Shown in pieces: positions 1-12,161 of a DNA stretch of 64,000 nucleotides. The notes under the pieces are model-generated. The model did not search any database, was not told where the DNA came from, and worked only from the letters and a program-made list of their open reading frames with translations. Position 1 is the stretch's first letter. Each line of letters begins with the position of its first letter. Origin of the DNA: Octopus sinensis (lineage: Eukaryota); assembly GCF_006345805.1 (NCBI RefSeq), contig NC_042997.1, positions 12,524,001-12,588,000 of the forward strand, read 5' to 3'. The position numbers and the translations under genes are program-made.

Positions 1-167
1 ATCGATTACATCGACCCCAGTGCGTAACTGGCACTTATTTAATCGACCCCGAAAGGATGAAAGGCAAAGTCGACCTCGGTGGAATTTGAACTCAGAACGT
101 AACGGCAAACGAAATACGGCTACGCATTTCGCCCGGCGTGCTAACGTTTCTGCCAGCTCGCCGCCTT
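1..167 (-). mobile_element. tRNA-headed SINE, family M (Meta-domain-like), 3' end cut by window edge
   Basis: Reverse complement reads AAGGCGGCGAGCTGGCAGAAACGTTAGCACGCCGGGCG...GAGTTCAAATTCCACCGAGGTCGACTTTGCCTTTCATCCTTTCGGGGTCGAT. Near-identical to copies at 43524, 52898 and 56171. Pol III A/B-box-like motifs present. The Meta-domain resemblance is from memory. Confidence 0.85.
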
Positions 168-469
168 CTTACAAGTCATTTATTCCTACATTTCTACTAC
201 TTGATTGTTCATCTGCCACAGATTTTTTCATGCTGTACATAGAATAGTGTAGTACAAACAATTTCTCTGCTGATCCTAGCTTGTTAAAACCCGATTTCCA
301 TTCTTTTAACGAAAGTACTCTTGTGTTAATTTTTAATGTACTTCGAATTTGATAAAAATCGCATCTCATTTCTCTCTATTCTGAATGTGAATACTATGTG
401 AATATTCAAAAATATACTAACAGCAGGTTAGTTTTTGATATGGAGTGGTTAAAAAAAGTTATATATATA

Positions 470-1093
470 TCAGGTCATCCCATAAGTTTTGTCCAATTTT
501 ACCTTTTTTAAAATTGAATGAAATTTAATAGTATTTTAGAATGTTTGATGGAATTAAGAATTATTTTTATGCATTTGTGTACATTTAAGCTAATTAAATA
601 TTATTTAACAGAAACCTTTTCTAATATAGAAATATCCAAAGAGCATTTAAGGCACATAATGCTTTATGAGTACAAAAAAGGACACTCTGCAGCCGAAGCG
701 ACTCGAAACATACACTCAGTTTATGGGAAAGAATGCTTGAATGAAAGAACTTGCAGAAGATGGTTCACAAAATTCAGAAGTGGGGATTTCAGCCTTGCAG
801 ATGAAGATCGAACAGGACGTCCAGTTGAGTTTAATGATAAGCTCCTTCAGGCATTACTTGAAGAAAATCCTGCATTATCAGTTGAAGAATTGGCAATAAA
901 GCTTAGTTGAAACCATACAACTGCTCATCATCATCTTCAATAACTGGGAAAGGTTCCTAAACTTGGAAAATGGGTACCTCATGAATTGTCCGAAAGCAAC
1001 CGCAAATCCAGAGTTGATATCTGCTCTTCTCTCCCTTCCCGCAAACTCATTTCACCCTTTTTGGATAGACTTTTGACTGGTGACGAAAAAGGG
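470..1093 (+). mobile_element. Mariner (DD34D-type) transposon remnant: 5' end plus N-terminal half of transposase, pseudogenised
   Basis: One frame gives EHLRHIMLYEYKKGHSAAEATRNIHSVYG...RTCRRWFTKFRSGDFSL.DE.RTGRP (mariner HTH), stops at 908 and 941, then LGKWVPHEL (WVPHEL at 971-988) and LLTGDEKG (TGDEKW motif, first catalytic D). Ends abruptly in a (TA)n tract. Putative TIR begins after TA at ~470. Confidence 0.93.
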
Positions 1094-1102
1094 ATATATA
1101 TA

Positions 1103-1167
<65 letters not shown>

Positions 1168-1348
1168 ATATATATAAAGATAAGAGAATGATCGTACTAT
1201 GAAATAGGCGATGATAAATAGGAAAACGGGTTATACCCATAGTTTATTGTATTGTTCAATCGACAGAAAAAAAATTATACCAGAGAAAAAAATCTATTAG
1301 AAATAATTTTGTAATGGACAACACCAAAAGAAAATGAAAATGTATCAA

Positions 1349-1630
1349 GCGCAGGGACGGCTGTGTGGTAAGTAGTTTGCTTCCCAGCCACGGAATCTCG
1401 GTTTCAGTCCCATAGTATGTCATTTTGGGCAAATATTTTCTATTGCCTCGGTTCCATCAAAGCTTTGTCAGTTGTCAGTGGATTTGGCAGACGAAACTGA
1501 AAGAAGTGCGTGACTTTGTGTCTTAGCACCAGGCTTTAAAAAAAGGCACTGGGGTTGATTCGTTTGGGTAAACCTTTTCAAGGTGGTGCTCAATCATGGC
1601 CGCAATCTAGTGACTGTGATAAGTAAAAGA
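1349..1630 (+). mobile_element. SINE family C (CORE-like head plus LINE-like tail), degenerate copy
   Basis: GGCTGTGTGGTAAGTAG head, TTTTGGGCAAAT core remnant, GGTGGTGCTCAATCATGGCCGCA...AAGTAAAAGA tail; homologous to 62064-62423. Confidence 0.7.
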
Positions 1631-2115
1631 TCATGCAAAGATTATGAATAGTTACGTATATTTTGTATCCTATTACCATGACAATGTCCCTTTTTTCTAA
1701 AGTTATTTCTTTGTTCCTTTACGGGTGTATGTTTGAATCCATGTCTCTAGCCGCTTATTTTTTACTTGTTCAAGTCATTGCATTGCACTGCCTTTAAGGA
1801 TTTAGCTGAAATAATCGACTCCATACAGATGCATACATACATGTATAAGACGTTGCTTACAGGAAAAGATGTCAAACAGCAACTGACGTAGAAAAGAAAT
1901 CAATACAGACCCCCACCCACACACACACACGCATGAATGTTTGCTTTTATCTCGAGTAATGTTAAAAACAATTTTACGCTAAACTCAAGGATTACTCGAT
2001 ATTTTAAGTAGAGTACATATTGGTTATACTTTTACTAGTGGCGCTAGTGTCTTCGAGATTTCAGTCCGTTAGCCTTCATCGGACAGTCTGTCATCACTCA
2101 AGTAAAATTTGATAA

Positions 2116-2179
<64 letters not shown>

Positions 2180-2448
2180 TGTGTGTGTGTGTGTGTGTGT
2201 TGTGTGTGTGTGTGTTTCATGTGAAACAGACACTTTGGCCATTCTGAGCCGGCGATTATTATATAACGGACTAGCAATGGATTGAAACCTCAGCTTAGAA
2301 TAATACTCAGTGAATGTAGTGAGCAAATTTCTTTCCACGTTCGTATATTCGAATTCATAAATGTGTATGTGTGTCTGTAAGTGTGTGCTTATTTGTGGTG
2401 ACTAACATACACAAATCTCACAATACATTCACACATAGGCACACACAG

Positions 2449-2549
<101 letters not shown>

Positions 2550-2917
2550 CATTGGAACATCTAATTCGACACTAATTATTACAGAAAGGAGTTGGGGCGG
2601 AATAAAAAAAATTGCTGGAAACAAAATATGATAAAGTAAAAAAAAAATATGAGGGTAGGTGAAAAGAAGAAATAGAAAAGAATATAGAAAGAAAGAAAGA
2701 AAGAAAGAAAACTGAGAGAAAAGCAAACGGAATGTGAAAAGTAAGATCGATGAACGAGCATGATTTTCCTCTCATCTGAGGCGAGAAGAGTTGAGAACAA
2801 CAGCAATGTGAGGCGCTTATATATACATATACACGCATCGTTTTGATTGAATAAGCCGGCAGGTTATATATCGTCTATTTTATTGCTTTAACGGTTAGAG
2901 GCAATAATCTCTCATTC

Positions 2918-2960
<43 letters not shown>

Positions 2961-2981
2961 TAAGTTTTCTTGTCTTCTTAC

Positions 2982-3020
<39 letters not shown>

Positions 3021-3226
3021 TAAGTTTTCTTGTCTTCTTACGTTTCTCTCCCTCTCTCTTCTCTCTTGCTCACACTATCTTTTTCCGTGCTTATCAAGAT
3101 ATCTTTTTATTCTTCATCTGTGAGCTTCTAATTATCATTGTTCCTTTTATTCGTAGCACAGAAAGAGCCTAGCTATGTATGTATGTATGAATGTATGTTT
3201 GTACGCACGCAGCTATCCATCCATCC

Positions 3227-3309
<83 letters not shown>

Positions 3310-3469
3310 AGCCTGTCTGTCTGTTTATGCAAGTATGACTGAATGCATGTATTGAATGGCAAGTATGTGTGTGTTGTGTGTGTATGTTATGCACGCAAGC
3401 ATTAATGTCGATAAGCATGTATGTATGTGTTGCATGAAATACATGTATGCATTTTTGTAGTTACGTATG

Positions 3470-3530
<61 letters not shown>

Positions 3531-3689
3531 TATAGTATATATATATATATAATATATTATATATATATACAAATATATTTGTACTACAAATGTATCTGTC
3601 TACTTAAGTGACTGCGTGCGTGTGAGTGTGTGTATACGCATATAGACTCACACAACATATGTATGTATGCGTGTGTGTATATATATACA

Positions 3690-3785
<96 letters not shown>

Positions 3786-4672
3786 TAGATAGATACATCT
3801 GTTTAAACTTTCTCATGTATACATGTGTCTTTGTATGAATGGCTGCGTATACATGTATGCATATCTCTGTGAATGCATGTATATTCATGTGCATATGTAT
3901 GCGCGTATATACATGAATGTGTATCAGATGGAAGAGTGCATACTGCAAAAGACCTTGAGACCCCGCCGGGCACATCCTACGGTTCATTACAGACCGCCCC
4001 CGTTTTGGTGTAAAATATTCTTTGTGTGCAGGCATTTCGATTCAATTATACCGATTCCTGAGCCCCTTTTTTGCTTGTGGCGAATGATCAAAGGGTGAGT
4101 TCCTTTCGTCATGGCAACCAGAAGAATATATCTCCGATCAAGTTCAAAGCCATGTATATTTCCACAATTCTTCAAATGTCATTTATTGCTAGGCAAGATT
4201 GCACCACCCAGCATCTCTTGTTCTCAGCCTCCCAGCACAATTATTTGCCTCACCTCTTTTTCTCATACTCTTTTTGTTTCTTTGGTTCCTTCTTTCTCCT
4301 CTCCTCTCCTCGCCTTCTTTCTTACACTCCCGTGCTCTTTTTCTCTTTCCCCCCAGAGACTAGAAGAAACAAATCTATGATATTTAAACCGACTCTGTAG
4401 TCAGCCTCTCCTCTGCTGTACGGGTCAACGCGCATGTGGATAGAGGCAGCCTACTTCAACCACTGGGATAAACATACCGCCATTTACACCCAGGGGCTAA
4501 AGTAGGGAGAGAGAACTGTGCTAGGGCAGATGGGACAAAACTTGGCACCTCTATCCTTAGCTGATTCTTGCACACAAATGTTAATACTACCTCGGGGGGG
4601 AATCATCTGGTTACAAATAACACATTAGACAAAGAAGTGTAGTTTCTTTGAAGCGGAATGAATGGAGAATGG

Positions 4673-4716
<44 letters not shown>

Positions 4717-4846
4717 AGAGAGAGAAAGATGTGGAGGGATAGAGAAGGAAAGAAAGAAAAATAAAACAACAGAAAAAGGACTTGCAATTAGACGTTTATT
4801 TCTGTTACGTACACATACACACACATAAACACACAACTACATGAGA

Positions 4847-4880
<34 letters not shown>

Positions 4881-5202
4881 GCACATATATATATTCTCTT
4901 TTCAATATTTTTTATTCTGTTTATTTTATATTTTTATTGTCGTTGTTGTTACATTTGTTGTTGTTTTTTTTTCCTATATATTATTATTTTAATATTTATC
5001 TTCACTTTTATTCAATTTTATTGTTATTATTTTATTTCATTTATATTTTTTTCGTGCCGTTGGGCATCGGGTTTCCCTGTGTGTTACTGCAGAACATACA
5101 GCTGTGTCTGTAAGACAGGGCTTAGACATTCAGTGGCGTTGGTAGTGGTAGCTGTGGAAATAAATAAGAAAGAGAGAAGGTGGGGTGGGAAGAAAAAGGC
5201 AC

Positions 5203-5248
<46 letters not shown>

Positions 5249-6213
5249 AAGAAGGAAAGAATGAAAGAAAGAAAGAAAGAAAAGGTGCGAAAGATAGGCA
5301 GAAAGAAAGACAAATTTAAAGAAAGACAGAGATACAATGAAGAAAACATGAAGAATGACAGAAATAAAAAGGGAGACTGCTGAGAGAGAGAGAGAGAGGG
5401 GGAGAGAGGGGAATAAGAGAAATAGAAAACGTCCAAATGAGAGAGTGCGAGAGAAAAATATATATACTTGAGTGTATAGTGTATCTATTGAAATATATAT
5501 ATATATATATATTTATATATGTGTGTATGTGTGTGTTGTGTAAATTTATAAATATTATATAAATATATATATATAATATATATATATATATATACATATG
5601 ATTGAAAGATAGGGAAGTAGAAAGATTTTAAGGGGAAAATTATTCAGCAGACCTTGTATTTACATGCGTGTGTATGTGCTTGTGCGTTGTATACATAGAT
5701 ATGTATATATATATATATATGTTTTCATGTGTGTATGTGGGTGAGGGTGTGTGCAGCGACATTTTCGTAGAGTGGTTGGTTCACAAGGTGTGTATATTCA
5801 CATCGACAGAGCTTAGTTCAAATCCTGCCGATCTCAAACTTGTCTGATAAGTACCTGTTAAGTACTGATACCGTATATTCTCTCTCTCTCTCTCTTCCCC
5901 TCTCTCTCTTTTTCTCTCTGTCTCTCTCCACCGTTTTACCCACGGAACTGGTTACAGTAAGTCTCGGAGAGTTTTGTGGGGAAGCCATTCTTCAGAAGCT
6001 GTGCTTCAGAAATGAAGAAGTGTTGAGAGCTATGTTACGAATAACTCGTGCATTAACTTGTTAATTTAATGATCATCATCGTGTTAGATCAGATAATAGA
6101 ACGACTAAGCCGCTCACCATTCGAGACCGACCAAGGAATAGTCATGTGCATTTGTATGTGCCTGTTTGTCCATGCATACACGTATATTCATATGCATACA
6201 TAAATACATATGC

Positions 6214-6270
<57 letters not shown>

Positions 6271-7159
6271 GTGTGTGTGTGTGTGTGTGGTGCATGAAAA
6301 TATACACACAGACGCACACACACACACAAAATACATATATCCCTATATCATGCACGATATATGTACAAAAAGCTTTCAAAATTTCAATACTTCTCCTTTT
6401 CGCATCACCTCTCACATGCATAAAGACATGCTCTCCCTCTCTCTCTCTCTCTACCTCTCTACCTCTCCTCCTCTCTTTTATCTCTCCTTTGTGTCCACTG
6501 TCTCACTACACACAGAGCACACCTTCGCTCTGTTTCTCTCTCTCTCTCTCTCTCTCTCTCCCTCTCTTTCAATATCTCGTTCTCTATTTCTTCCCCCCCC
6601 TCTCTAAATATCACACTCCACCCACTTTTCTCACCTCTCATCAATGCAATCATTCAGTGTTGCAGTTACTTCCACCCCATTTTTTTTATCTTTTAAAACG
6701 TGTCCTTTGCTCCCCTCCCATTAAACTTCTTTCTATTACATGCCTGCAATTATCACACGCCGCCTTCTCACACTAAAGCAAACAATTTTCGCTTCCTACA
6801 TCATTTTTGTTGCATAGTTATTATTTTTTTTTTGCCTGTCCGCCACCTTCTCTAATTCTACATCACACACCCATACGCTTCCACATGTGTATGCATATAG
6901 GTGCGTGTATATTTGTGAGCCTGAATGTGTGTATGTATGTATGTATGTATGTATGTATGTATGTATGTATGTATGTGTGTGTCTGTGAGTGTGTGTAATG
7001 TGAAGGTACTGTTTAGTTATTAGTAGGATCAACAGAAAAAATAAATACTTCATGGAGCGAGATATAAATATCAGTTAATAAACAGATTTTAAATGGAAAC
7101 TAGAATGAGTTTCATGCCCCGATAATACAATAAATTGGACGAACTTGAATAGCTTGCCA

Positions 7160-7515
7160 TGTACTATCCTTTTCTACTCTAGGCACAAGGCCCGAAATTT
7201 GGTACTTAATTTATCGACCCCAGAAGGATTAAAGGGAAAGTCTACCGCGGTGGAATATGAACTCAGAACGTAAAGACAGACGAAATGCCTATTTCTTTAC
7301 TACGGGGCTAAACACAGAGGAGACAAACAAGGACAGACAAACAGATTAAGTCGATTACGTCAACCCCAGTGCATCACTGGTATTTAATTTATCGACCCCG
7401 AAAGCATGAAATACAAAATCGACCACGGCGGAATTTGAACTCGAATGCAGCGGCGGAGAAAATACCACAAAGCATTTCGCCCGGCGTGCTAACGAGTTTG
7501 CCAGCTCGCCGCCTT
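7160..7515 (-). mobile_element. SINE family M copy (7289-7515) joined head-to-tail to a partial second M-type unit (7160-7288)
   Basis: Two successive TCGACCCC-GAA(A)G...GAACTCAGAACGT/GAACTCGAATGC modules; head ends GCCAGCTCGCCGCCTT at 7515. Confidence 0.8.
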
Positions 7516-7804
7516 GTACCCTGTACTATCCTGCAATCTTTAGCATGATTGTGTGTATGTGTATGTGTGTGTTGTGTGCGCGCGCGTGCACGTATTAACT
7601 GTCTTATTTCAGTCTGTGGACTGTGGTCAAGCAACAATAATCCCTCGACTGATTGTAGTCCATCATATTGGAGCTTATACACAATGCTTTTATTTTTCTT
7701 CTGTTTGGTATTCATTTTAGCAACCACTAGATCACTGGGCAAGTACAAAAATATAGACAAACATACAAAAGTCACACATATATGTATATGTGTGTATGTG
7801 AATG

Positions 7805-7848
<44 letters not shown>

Positions 7849-8049
7849 TGTGTAGCTGAGAGATCTGTAAACACATCTATCTTTCGCTTAATTTTGATGG
7901 AGAATTAACATGATACATTGTGATGAGGGTGGATTTTAGTATTAGGGAAACTTTCCATCCGATGCTTCTCTACCTTTTCCGTTTACCCAAATTCACTTCG
8001 AGTGCTTGAGTCGCTTCGTGTTTATAACGGTTTCAAATTTTAGCACAGG

Positions 8050-8405
8050 ACCTGCAGTTTTTGATGGAAGGGACAAGTCGATTACATCGACTCCAGTACT
8101 TTACTGGTTCTTATTTCATTGACTTCGAAAGGATGAAAAGCAAAGTCGACCTCCTCGGAATTTAAGTCCAGAAAGGTTCTGTCGGCTCGTTACCTTATTC
8201 GTGGTTATAATTCTTTCTAACTCTTACCAATTTTAATATAAGAGGCCAACAATTTTAGGGGAAGTTGTAGTCGAATAAATTGACCCCAGTGTTCAACTGG
8301 TACATATTTAATCGATCTTGAACGAATGAAATACAAAATTGACCTCGGCAAAATTTCAACTCAGAATTTGTCCAACTTGCTAACGGTTCTACCAGCTCTA
8401 CGTCT
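8050..8405 (-). mobile_element. Two old, degenerate family M SINE fragments
   Basis: GGATGAAAAGCAAAGTCGACCTC near 8135-8152 and GAATGAAATACAAAATTGACCTCGGC near 8323-8349 match the family M central domain. Confidence 0.6.
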
Positions 8406-9690
8406 TACTTGTTATAATAAAGACCACGATGCTATGAAGTGGATGCGAAAAGAATATCTTAACATCTTGGTCATGTGATTAATAGAAACAATGTTTGGTC
8501 CTTAATTGTCCAGTAACATCCTATTGATCTCAGAGAGGTAGAATTTCAAATTTGGCAACGATCATGCCCTTCTCATACGTTGAGCAGCTTAAACGTCTAC
8601 CATCGTGACACCTTACCACTCATTCATCCATTAATGTACGCAAATACGAACACATCCACAAACACACACATGCACACAAACAGCGACACACACTCAATCA
8701 CCCATACAAACTCACACTCAATCATCCACACAAACTGACGCAATGATACACGGACAGACAGACAGACAGACTCACTCACTCACTTACTGCCAATGTAAAA
8801 TGAACCTCTCAGCTTTAAATTATAGCAACAACACCCAATTATGGGTGGAAATATCACGAGAAATATGTCGGATTTTGATAACAAAAGTGTAGAGCATCGG
8901 AAAAATTACATTACAGGATTTAGTTACGTTTATTTAGATTTCGAGTATGAATTCCACCAAATATATTTTGCCATGTGTTCCGATAATTTAAACATCTAAA
9001 TCAAGGACAAAGTTCTAAGTAATCGACTATAATCAGCCCTGTTAAGTGCAACCTTATAACTAATTTATAAGTTACTATATTATAAAGTTTAACCTTAATA
9101 AAAACAAGAAACTATACAATAATCTGTATTGATTACGAACAGAATCAGTGCAACTATGATGATAGTTGTCGGTATGATTATAGTTATATATAGTTAACTG
9201 CTCATTTATTTTCAAATATTTAAACCAAAAGGTTATTATTTAGTTGAGCTCGGTTTAATTAGCACTGTTATCTACTATATAAATAATATTTTTTTTTTTA
9301 ATTTTCTACTATATAAATAATATTACTTTTTATTAATTCTTAATTATTTTTTATGTAGGTCATGTCTAAGAAATGTTAGTCCGTGTACGTTTAAGTGTGC
9401 ATGTGCGTATGTGCAAAAATGTGTGTGTATGTATGTATGAGTGTGTGTACCCGTGGGAGTGTGTTGATATATGTGTGAGTGTATATGTATTATATTTCTG
9501 CCTATATATGCGTGTGTGTGCGTACTCATACACGAATGCGTATGTGTAATATGTGTGTGATTTGACTCGCATATGCACAATGTTAATCACATCATTTAAC
9601 CTTGTCGATAACCTTTCCTGTTTCTTGAGTTTCTGCAGCGGGGTCGTAGCTATTGTATACTTACGTGCGTGTATATCTATGCGCATATTA

Positions 9691-10074
9691 GAGGCGCAAT
9701 GGCCCAGTGGTTAGGGAAGTGGACTCGCGGTCGTAGGATCGCGGTTTCGATTCCCAGACCGGGCGATATGAGTGTTTATTGAGCGAAAACACCTAAAGTT
9801 CCACGAGGCTCCGGCAGGGGATGGTGGTGATCCCTGCTGTACTCTTTCACCACAACTTTCTCTCACTCTTACTTCCTGTTTCTGTTGTACCTGTATTTCA
9901 AAGGGCCGGCCTTGTCACTCTCTGTGTCACGCTGAATATCCCCGAGAACTACGTTAAGGGTACACGTGTCTGTGGAGTGCTCAGCCACTTACACGTTAAT
10001 TTTACGAGCAGGCTGTTCCGTTGATCGGATCAACCGGAACCCTCGTCGTCGTAACCGACGAAGTGCTTCCATCC
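9691..10074 (+). mobile_element. Full-length tRNA-headed SINE, family L (~390 bp), with TSD
   Basis: A box TGGCCCAGTGG, B-box-like GGTTTCGATTCC; ATGCGCATAT repeated at 9679-9688 and 10075-10084; second copy at 11011-11405. Confidence 0.9.
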
Positions 10075-10202
10075 ATGCGCATATATACGTTTGTAAGTAA
10101 TGTAAATATGGATGAAAGTAATCTTAACATGTATATATTTAGGTATGTATGCGTAAATGAATGAATGGATGGGTGGGTGGGTGGATGGAGGGGTAGCTCT
10201 AT

Positions 10203-10612
10203 TACTCTTTTACTGGGTTCAGTCAGTTGACTGTGGCCATGCTGGAGCACCGCCTTTAGTTGATCAAATCGACCCCGTGACTTTTTTCTTTGTAAGCCCA
10301 GTACTTATTCGATCGGTCTCTTTTGCTGAACCGCTAAGTTACGGGGATATAAACACACCAGCATCGGTTGTCAAGCAATGTTACTACAAGAAACACAGAC
10401 ACTCAAACATACACACACACTCATATATATATATATATATTATATATATATATACGACGGGCTTCTTTGTGTTTCCTTCTACCAAATCCACTCACAAGGT
10501 TTTGGTCGGCCCGAGGCTATAGTAGAAGACACTTGCCCAAGGTGCCACGCAGTGGGACTGAAACCAGAGCCATGTGCTTGGTAAGCAAGCTACTTACCAC
10601 ACAGCCACTCCT
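10203..10612 (-). mobile_element. SINE family C, bipartite copy with internal (TA)n/(TG)n microsatellite
   Basis: Head CACACAGCCACTCC (rc GGAGTGGCTGTGTG), core CACTTGCCCAAGGTGCC (rc GGCACCTTGGGCAAGTG, resembling the MIR/CORE ACCTTGGGCAAGT), microsatellite ~10406-10453, tail GACTGTGGCCATGCTGGAGCACCGCC. Confidence 0.88.
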
Positions 10613-11010
10613 AGCTGTATGAATGTTTGTAGGTCATGCTTCATTTTTTGCCATATTCACTGTATCGTATATATAATTACACACATACACACACAAAATA
10701 TCAAGCAAAACCGAGCCAAGTGGAGCAAGTCAGTGTAACCAGTAGTATGGATTTGTATAATAAGAACAAAGAAAGGCGACATGATTAAATAACTAAAATT
10801 ATTATCGTCATTTCAAGTGGAGGGAAAGGTAAAAAAACCAACAATCAGCGAACAGAAGTGGATTGAAAAAATTTTCATCATCTCTGCCAATCAGCAACTG
10901 TTAGGAATTTAAACGGCAAGTAGGAGAAGACAGTCTGTTTTTCTATGGAGACAAGAGTACAGCTGTGAATATATTCACCAAATATTTACATGCTAATAAT
11001 TAAATGATAT

Positions 11011-11405
11011 GAGAAGCACTCCGTCGGTTACGACGACGAGGGTTCCGGTTGATCCGAATCAACGGAACAGCCTGCTCGTGAAATTAACGCGTAAGTTAAC
11101 GTCTGAGCACTCCACAGACACGTGTACCCTTAATGTAGTTCTCGGGGATATTCAGCGTGAGTGACACAGAGAGTGACTAAGGCCGGCCCTTTGAAATACA
11201 GGTACAACAGAAACAGGAAGTAAGAGTGAGAGAAAGTTGTGGTGAAAGAGTACAGCAGGGATCACCACCATCCCCTGACGGAGACTCGTGGAGCTTTTAG
11301 GTGTGTTCGCTCAATAAACACTCACAACGCCCGGTCTGGGAATCGAAACCGCGATCCTATGACCGCGAGTCCACTGCCCTAACCACTGGGCCATTGCGCC
11401 TCCAC
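11011..11405 (-). mobile_element. Full-length SINE family L, inverted relative to the 9691 copy, with 13-bp TSD
   Basis: Reverse complement aligns end to end with 9691-10074; AATTAAATGATAT repeated at 10998-11010 and 11406-11418. Confidence 0.9.
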
Positions 11406-12123
11406 AATTAAATGATATATATACATGCTTATAATTCTGTGTAATGCGCTTCGAGATTCACTGTTCCAAAACAGAATCTTTTTACGTTATCACGAAAGTT
11501 TATAAATTAAACGACGCTAGCAATATGTGTGCGTGTATGAGAGTATGTGTGTGTATGTGAGTTTGTGTGTGTGTGACTGTGTGTGTATTTACCGGCTTAC
11601 ATAATACATAGAATCTGTTGTCTTTTCGAGTGTGTTTGGCATGCATAAGCTATTAACATTGACAATTGCTTGTAGACCACAATATGATATAAGGTAAAAT
11701 AAAATATGATTTGCGCAGGCCTTATACCCAAGAAGTGTAAAAAAGAATATATATATTTGTGAAATTGTATTTTTCCAACTATATTTGGTAACAGCCCCAA
11801 AGCTTGAATTATACATATATGCATAAAAATGTTTGTGGATTTGTAAATCCGACACTACATTTGCAACTAAATTTGGTATGAGAACCCTAAAGCTAGAATG
11901 ATAATAAATAAGATTCATCAGAGACACAGGGTCAAATGTTGTAGCGTAATACTTATATTTGAATTATATTAACCCCAGTATTTGATAGATACCCTGTTTT
12001 ATCGAATCTCAGATGATGTAACAGAATACAAAGGGGACATGGATGAGATTTGAACTCGGAAAGAAATTAATGCAACAAAACATTCTATCCAATGATCTCT
12101 TGATTTCATTATTGTTGTTGTTG

Positions 12124-12158
<35 letters not shown>

Positions 12159-12161
<3 letters not shown>

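Noticed and set aside
7611-7742. Acceptor-like TTTCAG followed by an open, TM-like frame
   Set aside because: The start derives from a decayed family C tail (TTTCAGTC..TGACTG.GGCC) and there is no good donor.
9691-9765. tRNA-like sequence (A and B boxes)
   Set aside because: SINE head: no complete cloverleaf, continues into a 390-bp repeat body with TSDs. The same applies to all other SINE heads.
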